This document shows positions 56,735 through 64,000 of a DNA stretch of 64,000 nucleotides, piece by piece; positions within the stretch are counted from its first letter, which is position 1; each line of letters opens with the position of its first letter. The notes under the pieces are model-generated. The model saw nothing but the letters and a program-made list of their open reading frames with translations, did not search any database and was not told the origin of the DNA. The position numbers and the translations under genes are program-made. Source of the stretch: a bacterium (GTDB lineage: Bacteria; SAR324; NAC60-12); the NCBI GenBank assembly GCA_965209155.1, contig OZ242383.1:320001-384000 (forward strand), given 5' to 3'.

Positions 56735-57901
56735 CTAATCAAAGTCAAAGATTCCAACTTCGGAATCAATTCGCAGCTTGTTGCCACCTGAGCTTTTATC
56801 ACAAAAGCCTACCTGCTGGATGTCGAGCTCATATTTTTCCCCGATTGCTTCCGCAACCGGCAACAAATCGGGGGATCCCAGGATTTCCATACGATGTCCC
56901 ATGTTGAACACTTCATACATTTCACGCCAGGACGTTTGAGAGACTTGCTGGATCGTCCGAAACAAAGGAGGGATTGGAAATAGCCGGTTTTTTACATAAT
57001 GAATGCCTCGTCCGAATTTCAAGCATTTGGTTTGTCCACCTCCCGAGCAATGGATCACTGCGGAAATTTTATGAAAGTGATTTTTTAAAAGCTCCTTGAG
57101 CACGGGAGCATAGGTCCGTGAAGGGCAAAGCAAGGCTCGTCCGATGGTCAACGAGGTACCTGGTAAGGGATCATGGAGATGGTAGGGTCCGGCATAGGCA
57201 AGCTCCGGAGACATTTCCCTGTCATAACTTTCCGGATACCGGTTGCCATAATCCGAATGGAGCAATTCGTGCCTTGCCGACGTCAGACCGTTACAACCAA
57301 TTCCACTGTTGTATTGAGTTTCATAAGAGGTTTGCCCGGAACTGGACAAGCCGATGATGACGTCGCCGGGCTGGATGCGATCGTTCGTCAGGATCCGGTT
57401 ACGAGGCCAACGGGCCATGACTGTGGAATCCACCACCATGGTTTGAACCAGGTCCCCCATATCGGCAGTTTCTCCTCCGGTCGTGACAAGCGATATGTCA
57501 AGCTCGGCATAACGCGCCGCTATTTTTTCATGTCCTTCTATGATTGTTTTTATGACTATGCCGGGAATCCTTTTCACGTGCCGTCCAATGGTACTCGATA
57601 AAAGTATATGATCATAAACGCCGACGCATAGCAAATCATCCACGTTTATCACGGTCGCATCCTGCGCGATTCCTTCAAATACGGAAAGATCACCTGTTTC
57701 CCAATAATAGACGTATGCCAATGAAGCTTTGGTACCCACCCCATCCGCGTGCATGATATTGCAATAAGCAGGATCACCTCCCAGGTGATCGGCGACCACT
57801 TTACAAAAAGCTAAGGGGAAAAGCCCTTTGTCCACCCGCTGAATTGCTTGATGGACGTCTGTTTTCTTTGCCGAAACTCCACGAGATTTATAGCGTTCCA
57901 T
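56735..57901 (-). CDS. purM: Phosphoribosylformylglycinamidine cyclo-ligase (AIR synthase)
   Basis: RGVSAKK, HADGVGTK, GGETAD, HCSGG, VFNMGHRME. Confidence 0.88.
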   Translation of the reverse strand: MERYKSRGVSAKKTDVHQAIQRVDKGLFPLAFCKVVADHLGGDPAYCNIMHADGVGTKASLAYVYYWETGDLSVFEGIAQDATVINVDDLLCVGVYDHILLSSTIGRHVKRIPGIVIKTIIEGHEKIAARYAELDISLVTTGGETADMGDLVQTMVVDSTVMARWPRNRILTNDRIQPGDVIIGLSSSGQTSYETQYNSGIGCNGLTSARHELLHSDYGNRYPESYDREMSPELAYAGPYHLHDPLPGTSLTIGRALLCPSRTYAPVLKELLKNHFHKISAVIHCSGGGQTKCLKFGRGIHYVKNRLFPIPPLFRTIQQVSQTSWREMYEVFNMGHRMEILGSPDLLPVAEAIGEKYELDIQQVGFCDKSSGGNKLRIDSEVGIFDFD

Positions 57902-57951
57902 GCTTAACTCTACTTTTAATCTTTGAGAGCCGGAGCTCGAGAAGGCTCTGG

Positions 57952-59310
57952 TTATTTTTTCAGGTGGGATTCAAAATGGTAAATGAGCTCGAGAGGGTTG
58001 ATGTATTTCTTATCATGTTTATTGAGGATGATCTCATAGTGAAGATGGGGACCGGTACTGACGCCGGTGTTACCCACCTGCCCAATAACCTGCCCTCGTT
58101 TGACTCTCTGACCTTTTTTCACTTTAATTCGGTGCAAGTGACCATATCGAGTCGTGTAATATACTTTCTTGCGTTTGTTTTTATAAAATCCAAGACCGTG
58201 GCGGATTTCAACAAAACGACCAAACCCCCCCCAACGACCGGCTCGGGTGACCACTCCGTCAGCAGGCGCAAAAATCGAAGTTCCCGTTCTTGCCGGGAAA
58301 TCAACTCCTCGATGAAAATCAGGTTTATGGGTGACCGGATGAATCCTTTTTCCGTACCGGTCGGATATAACACGTGTTTTGACCGGTCGAATCGTGGGAG
58401 TATTTTGCCAGAGTTGGCTGTCCTGGTCAATCGACTGCCTCAATTTGTCAACCGACTTGACGATGTTTTCATAATATCGTGCGGTTTCTTCAAGATAGCG
58501 TTGCAAGTAACTGAATTCACCATAGGCTGTTAAATCATCCGGATGCTCCATACCGCTGGGACCACCGCGACCCTTCTCGCTCTCGAATTCAATCGCTTGG
58601 GGCATGAATTGTTCTGCTAAATTGATATCGATCCCGGTGACGTCATGAATCCTGCTGGAAAATAGTTCTATGGCTTTTTCCTTTTCTTTCATCAATTGCA
58701 AGTGCTTTTTTATTTGTGATTCAATTTGGTCTATCCGTTGTTCCAAACTCGCAATCGTTTTTTCCTGGTCTTCCACGGTGATCTTTTTTTCATTGAAGAT
58801 CATGACGGACTCGGCAAGCGTTTCAAAATTGGTTTGAGCTTTTTCCATCCAGGTGCTCACCTGATCGGCATTCATCCAGGTGGGCGCTTGTTCGTCACTT
58901 TCAAGATCGTCTATGCAATCTGCACCCATCGTGTGACAAATATAGCGATGGAGCCCCGTTAATTTGTTGATACTTGTCTTGTATTGGGAAATAAACCTCT
59001 TTAAGGAAGATTCGCTTTTATAAGCCGTCCATTTTAATTCATCCAAGTAAGATTCTAAAAATCTGAGGCGTTTTTCTTTTTCGGCAAAGCCATCGATTTC
59101 ATTTTGCAGTTGTGCTTGAAGCGCTGCATTTTTTTCCAGTTGATTTTGTTGAACAACGATTTTTTGATGTTGCAAATAATAAAACAACCCCAAAGCCGTT
59201 ACGAAAATAAAGAACGAAAAAATATAGACAAACGCAAGTGGATAGCTCAATGAATAGTGCCGCGCAACGGCGCTGGAATCTTTTAAAAAAATTATTGAAA
59301 ATCTTTTCAT
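57952..59310 (-). CDS. M23 family metallopeptidase with coiled-coil N-terminus
   Basis: HRGVDF, YGHL, GNTGVSTGPHLHYE; N-terminal TM segment. Confidence 0.92.
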   Translation of the reverse strand: MKRFSIIFLKDSSAVARHYSLSYPLAFVYIFSFFIFVTALGLFYYLQHQKIVVQQNQLEKNAALQAQLQNEIDGFAEKEKRLRFLESYLDELKWTAYKSESSLKRFISQYKTSINKLTGLHRYICHTMGADCIDDLESDEQAPTWMNADQVSTWMEKAQTNFETLAESVMIFNEKKITVEDQEKTIASLEQRIDQIESQIKKHLQLMKEKEKAIELFSSRIHDVTGIDINLAEQFMPQAIEFESEKGRGGPSGMEHPDDLTAYGEFSYLQRYLEETARYYENIVKSVDKLRQSIDQDSQLWQNTPTIRPVKTRVISDRYGKRIHPVTHKPDFHRGVDFPARTGTSIFAPADGVVTRAGRWGGFGRFVEIRHGLGFYKNKRKKVYYTTRYGHLHRIKVKKGQRVKRGQVIGQVGNTGVSTGPHLHYEIILNKHDKKYINPLELIYHFESHLKK

Positions 59311-59760
59311 ACCATTTCGCTTTCTGAACCAAGGGGAGTATGATTCATGCGCTGAATACCAGCCTCCCTGCTGGTATCGCGATCACTTCAGTACATCAGC
59401 AAATACGACTTCAGGTACAACGAGTCAAGAAAATTTCACATTTCGTCTTTACCTGCTATTTAGAAAATATTCGCATAGATTGAGTGTTATAATTTTTATA
59501 AAGTATTCAATTAGATTAATATTGTTAATAAAATCAATAAGTTGAATGTCCTGTTTTTTCGTTTACCTGAATTTAAAGAGCACTATCCTTCATTTTCAGG
59601 CTTTGCTCAAGTTTTTTAAAAACTGCAAGGTTTCCAGTGATTGACGCGTGGGATGCCAGGGTAAGAATTTCCGGACCTGTTTTATCACATTGGAATTTCC
59701 GGGAATTGCTGGAAAGTTTTGTGGAATCCACATATGATAAGGCAAAATCAGTAAGGGACT

Positions 59761-60981
59761 ATGCGAAAAATACTACATTTTGACGTCATTGGTGGAATTG
59801 CCGGAGACATGGCGGTTGGAGGATTATTGGATTTGGGGGTCCCATTTTCTCTTCTTGAAGAAGGGATGAAACAACTGGACGCGTTGCCAATAGGACTTTC
59901 CCGTCAAAAAACAAAGCGACATGAAATCTCTGGCACGCGTTTTCTTGTCAAGAACCGGGCTGAGGAATCCCATACCCATCGTTCTTTTCAAACAATTCAA
60001 GAGTTGATTGGCGCCTCGTCTCTTTCCTCTTCCGTGAAGGGAACCGCGCTCAGGATATTTGAAAAGCTGGCCCGGGTTGAGGGCAAAATCCACCATAAAC
60101 CCCCGGAGAAGGTGAATTTCCATGAAGTCGGCGCCTGGGATTCGATTGCGGATATTGTTTGTGTGGCGTTATGTCTGGACTATTTAAAGATAAATGATAT
60201 TTATGTGTCTTCCATTCCGCTGGGTACAGGGTTTGTCAAAACAACGCATGGCATCATGCCGATTCCCGCGCCTGCTACTTTAGAACTGCTACAAGGTTTT
60301 GAAATTATACAAGATTCACTTCCCTTTGAGAGAACGACTCCGACCGGAGCGGCCATTTTGGCTGCTTTAGCGAGTCCTTCACCCGAGATGCTACGGTACA
60401 CGATAGAACGGATCGGGATTGGAACAGGAAGTCAGGACCGCCAGGAAGTTCCCAACATTGTACGCTGCATTCTCGGTCTGCAAAAGACGCCTCCGGATTC
60501 GGTGGACGGATTAGGCCAGGAAATGGTGGAATGTACCGAAACCAACATCGACGATTGCCCCCCGGAACGTTTAGGGTACGTCCATGAACAACTGATGAAC
60601 GCCGGTGCGTTGGACGTGTGGTTTGTCCCCATACAGATGAAAAAAAATCGTCCGGGAGTTTTGTTGCAAATCTTGCATTTACCTGAATCTCGTTCTCAAA
60701 TTCAACGTTTGATATTTCAGGAAACTACCACCTTAGGAATCCGGGTTCGCACATTGCAACGCACCTTCCTGGCGCGCGCAATCATAGAAGTGCAGACCCC
60801 TTGGGGAAAAGTTCGAGGCAAACAATCCGTTTTCGAAGAAAGAATTCGATTCAGTCCTGAATTTGAAGACTGTCGAAAAATCGCCCTTGCGCAGGAAATC
60901 CCCCTCAACCATGTTTTTAATATCGTTGAAGCATCCTTTTGGAAACAACAACAAACGTCTCAATTGAATAACGAAAATTGA
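59761..60981 (+). CDS. larC: Nickel pincer cofactor biosynthesis protein LarC
   Basis: [57 protein letters not shown]. Confidence 0.93.
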   Translation: MRKILHFDVIGGIAGDMAVGGLLDLGVPFSLLEEGMKQLDALPIGLSRQKTKRHEISGTRFLVKNRAEESHTHRSFQTIQELIGASSLSSSVKGTALRIFEKLARVEGKIHHKPPEKVNFHEVGAWDSIADIVCVALCLDYLKINDIYVSSIPLGTGFVKTTHGIMPIPAPATLELLQGFEIIQDSLPFERTTPTGAAILAALASPSPEMLRYTIERIGIGTGSQDRQEVPNIVRCILGLQKTPPDSVDGLGQEMVECTETNIDDCPPERLGYVHEQLMNAGALDVWFVPIQMKKNRPGVLLQILHLPESRSQIQRLIFQETTTLGIRVRTLQRTFLARAIIEVQTPWGKVRGKQSVFEERIRFSPEFEDCRKIALAQEIPLNHVFNIVEASFWKQQQTSQLNNEN

Positions 60982-60997
60982 TACGAGCGTGATTATC

Positions 60998-61519
60998 ATG
61001 ACTACCATCCTTTGTATCAGAAAAGACAATGCTGTGGTGATGGCCGGTGACGGTCAGGTGACCATGGGTAACACGGTGATGAAATCCACTGCGACTAAAA
61101 TTCGTTGTACCTACGGAGGCAAAGTCCTTGCGGGCTTTGCAGGCTCTACGGCAGACGCATTTGCCTTATTTGAGAAGTTTGATGAAAAGCTGGAACAATA
61201 CAGTGGACAGCTCGTTCGTGCTGCAGTGGAACTGGCAAAAGAATGGCGTACCAACAAGATGCTGAGAAACCTGGAAGCTTTATTAGCAGTTGCCAGCAAA
61301 GAAGCAGCGCTGATGATTTCAGGAAACGGAGATGTGATAGAACCGGATGATGGCATCATTGCCATTGGTTCAGGCGGTCCCTATGCGCTTGCGGCAGCTC
61401 GTGCTTTGTTGGATAGTGAATTGTCGGCAAAAGCTATTGCGGAAAAATCCATGCGTATTGCCGGAGATATTTGCCTTTATACCAACCAGCGGTTCTCTTT
61501 TGAAGAACTCCAATTTTAA
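60998..61519 (+). CDS. hslV: ATP-dependent protease subunit HslV
   Basis: [24 protein letters not shown]. Confidence 0.97.
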   Translation: MTTILCIRKDNAVVMAGDGQVTMGNTVMKSTATKIRCTYGGKVLAGFAGSTADAFALFEKFDEKLEQYSGQLVRAAVELAKEWRTNKMLRNLEALLAVASKEAALMISGNGDVIEPDDGIIAIGSGGPYALAAARALLDSELSAKAIAEKSMRIAGDICLYTNQRFSFEELQF

Positions 61520-61526
61520 ATATTTT

Positions 61527-62867
61527 ATGGAAAACGCTCTTTCGCATCAAAATCAAACACCGCGGGAAATCGCGGAAGAATTGGACAAATACATAGTGGG
61601 CCAGGAAGCTGCAAAAAAAGCAGTGGCGATCGCCTTGCGAAATCGATGGCGCCGCCTCCAGGTACGTGAGGATTTACAGGACGAAATCTTGCCCAAAAAC
61701 ATTGTCATGATCGGACCCACGGGGGTGGGAAAAACTGAGATTGCCCGGAGGATGGCACGTCTGGTCAATGCTCCTTTTACCAAAATCGAAGCCTCAAAAT
61801 TCACGGAAGTCGGATATGTGGGGCGTGATGTGGAATCAATCATCCGGGACCTGGCGGAAATGGCGATCAATATGGTACGTCATGAACACACCAAACGCAT
61901 AGAAGCCCAAGCCCAAGCCCAGGCTGAGGATCGGATTCTCGATTTGCTGCTTCCCTCGACAAATCCCAGGGAAAGCGAAGAAAATAATTCGACCAAAGAA
62001 AAATTCCGAGAAAAACTGCGCAAAGGCAAGCTCGACGACAAACCCGTCGAACTGGACGTTTCCGAAAAGGGATCCGGTGCCTTCATCGAAATGATGCCTA
62101 TTTCTCTCAATGACAACCTGGATATGAACATTCGGGACATGTTGTCCAATATGATGCCCAAGCGTACCAAACGTCGAAAAGTAAAAATCAGGGACGCGCG
62201 CGGTATTTTGGAGCAAGAGGAAATTCACAAGTTGCTCGACATGGAGGAAGTCTCACGCGAGGCGATCCACCGCGTGGAGCAAACCGGAATCGTTTTTTTG
62301 GATGAAATCGACAAGATCGCCACACGCAGTTCCCTCCAGGGACCGGACGTTTCCAGAGAAGGGGTCCAGCGTGATTTATTGCCGATCGTGGAAGGGTCGA
62401 CGATCAATACCAAGTATGGCCCCGTGCAAACTGACCATATTTTGTTCATTGCCGCAGGCGCATTCCACGTAGCCAAACCTTCGGACCTCATTCCTGAACT
62501 GCAAGGGCGCTTCCCCATTCGCGTAGAATTGAAGTCCTTGAGCAAAGAAGACTTCATCCGTATCCTGACTGAGCCTAAAAACGCTTTAATCGTGCAATAC
62601 ACCGAACTGCTTGCTACTGAAAAACTGACGTTAAAATTCACGGATGACGCCATCGAAGAAATCGCCAGGATCGCCTGCGAAGTGAATGAACAAGCAGAAA
62701 ATATCGGGGCTCGCCGTTTGCACACGATCATGGAACAGTTATTGGAGGAAGTCAGTTTTGAGGCACCTCAATTACTGGGACAAACGATTACAGTGACACC
62801 TGAGTATATTCAGGATCGGCTTTCTGAATTGCTGAAAGATCGAGACCTGACACGATATATTTTGTGA
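61527..62867 (+). CDS. hslU: ATP-dependent protease ATPase subunit HslU
   Basis: [38 protein letters not shown]. Confidence 0.97.
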   Translation: MENALSHQNQTPREIAEELDKYIVGQEAAKKAVAIALRNRWRRLQVREDLQDEILPKNIVMIGPTGVGKTEIARRMARLVNAPFTKIEASKFTEVGYVGRDVESIIRDLAEMAINMVRHEHTKRIEAQAQAQAEDRILDLLLPSTNPRESEENNSTKEKFREKLRKGKLDDKPVELDVSEKGSGAFIEMMPISLNDNLDMNIRDMLSNMMPKRTKRRKVKIRDARGILEQEEIHKLLDMEEVSREAIHRVEQTGIVFLDEIDKIATRSSLQGPDVSREGVQRDLLPIVEGSTINTKYGPVQTDHILFIAAGAFHVAKPSDLIPELQGRFPIRVELKSLSKEDFIRILTEPKNALIVQYTELLATEKLTLKFTDDAIEEIARIACEVNEQAENIGARRLHTIMEQLLEEVSFEAPQLLGQTITVTPEYIQDRLSELLKDRDLTRYIL

Positions 62868-62869
62868 GC

Positions 62870-63685
62870 ATGGATACGACGGAGATGGACACTGAAACCC
62901 TCTTGATGCGCCTGGAAAATCAGTTAAAGTGGTTTCTGAAGCAAAAATATTCCCATTTGAATTTAGCCCCTCTTATTCAGGAAGAATCGCATCAATTGAA
63001 CCGGGGCTTGCAAGCCATGATGGGTAAGGGAACGGCGAGGCCTCCCTCACTTGATCAACCCGCCGACTCTCCCCTGCGAAAACGGGAACAAGATGCATCC
63101 TCCGCTGCAACTCATCACAGGACGTCATCTTCCGGACCCGAGTCCCTGGACGAATTAAAAGAGCAGTACTGTATCTGTCAACGATGTCCTTTGGGTGCCT
63201 CTCGCACTAACTTTGTTTTTGGAGTGGGTCATCCTCACGCAACGCTTCTTTTCATTGGAGAAGGTCCCGGCGCCGATGAAGACCGGCTTGGTGAGCCTTT
63301 CGTAGGAAGGGCGGGTAAACTGCTGACCAACATGATTCGATCTATCGGGATTGATCGTCCGGACGTCTATATCGCCAACATCGTCAAGTGCCGTCCTCCG
63401 GGCAATCGAAATCCCCACGCGGAAGAAATCGCAAAATGTTTTCCAATCCTTCGGCGTCAAATCGAACTGGTTCAACCCCGGCTGCTTGTCACCCTGGGTA
63501 ACGTTCCCACCCAGGTTTTGCTCCCCAATGCGCCAGGGATTACCTCGTCACGAGGGCAACTCTATTTTTTTCAAAAGTGGCGGGTGTTGCCCACTTTCCA
63601 CCCTGCTTATCTTTTACGCAATCCCTCGGCCATGGCCCTGGCGTGGGACGATTTTAAAAAAATCCGTCACTTGTGCTTTGAATAA
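62870..63685 (+). CDS. Uracil-DNA glycosylase, family 4
   Basis: CQRC, GEGPGADED, PFVGRAG, KCRPPGNR, HPAYLLR. Confidence 0.93.
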   Translation: MDTTEMDTETLLMRLENQLKWFLKQKYSHLNLAPLIQEESHQLNRGLQAMMGKGTARPPSLDQPADSPLRKREQDASSAATHHRTSSSGPESLDELKEQYCICQRCPLGASRTNFVFGVGHPHATLLFIGEGPGADEDRLGEPFVGRAGKLLTNMIRSIGIDRPDVYIANIVKCRPPGNRNPHAEEIAKCFPILRRQIELVQPRLLVTLGNVPTQVLLPNAPGITSSRGQLYFFQKWRVLPTFHPAYLLRNPSAMALAWDDFKKIRHLCFE

Positions 63686-63751
63686 TGCCCCAGGAAGATC
63701 AACAGGTCACTTTGCTCAGACCAAGCGTACACCATTCATTGATGAAAGCCG

Positions 63752-64000
63752 ATGTCCATTGACGTACGAGGAGTGAAGGGAACCCGGGATTTTTACCCGG
63801 GTGAAATGCGGCTACGGAATTGGTTGTTTGGCGTTTGGCGCGAAGTCTCCCAGCAATTCGGATTCGAAGAATATGACGCATGTCTCTTGGAATACGAAGA
63901 GCTTTACACACGCAAAGCGGGAGATGAAATCACTGAGCAAATATATGCCTTCCCGGACAAAGCAGGGCGTCATTTGAGTTTACGACCCGAAATGACCCCG
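63752..64000 (+). CDS. hisS: Histidine-tRNA ligase, 5' part (runs off the window)
   Basis: Manual translation [49 protein letters not shown]; absent from the ORF track. Confidence 0.92.
   Translation, partial: MSIDVRGVKGTRDFYPGEMRLRNWLFGVWREVSQQFGFEEYDACLLEYEELYTRKAGDEITEQIYAFPDKAGRHLSLRPEMTP

Overview
Bacterial chromosomal window from a Gram-negative organism; the gene set looks deltaproteobacterial/SAR324-like, which is an impression only. Bases 1-21.3 kb are a plastic region. It holds a sugar-type ABC importer and a PhyH-like dioxygenase, and two diverged direct copies (~5.2 kb) of a single-chain biotin carboxylase plus acyl-CoA ligase pair. Between those copies lie gene relics, a Uma2 nuclease, three type II toxin-antitoxin loci (two with dead toxins) and a 567-bp hairpin-ended cassette carrying a four-helix-bundle gene. 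A second copy of that cassette at 25.2 kb sits inside a MITE. The rest is mostly housekeeping: PBP1A-like, yajC-secD-secF, tyrA, kdsB, clpS, ftsZ, tgt, MltD-like, mltF, liv-type ABC, purM, M23 peptidase, larC, hslVU, UDG and partial hisS. Notable items there are a CUAEP-tail radical SAM selenoprotein (UGA read-through with a SECIS-like hairpin, missed by the ORF track) behind a rhodanese-NfuA fusion, a LytTR-associated LolD/FtsX/LolA-like/TPR/outer-membrane operon, a tail-less FtsZ, and several enzymes with degenerate catalytic motifs. No CRISPR array, tRNA, rRNA, transposase or reverse transcriptase was recognised. All alignments and counts were done by eye.
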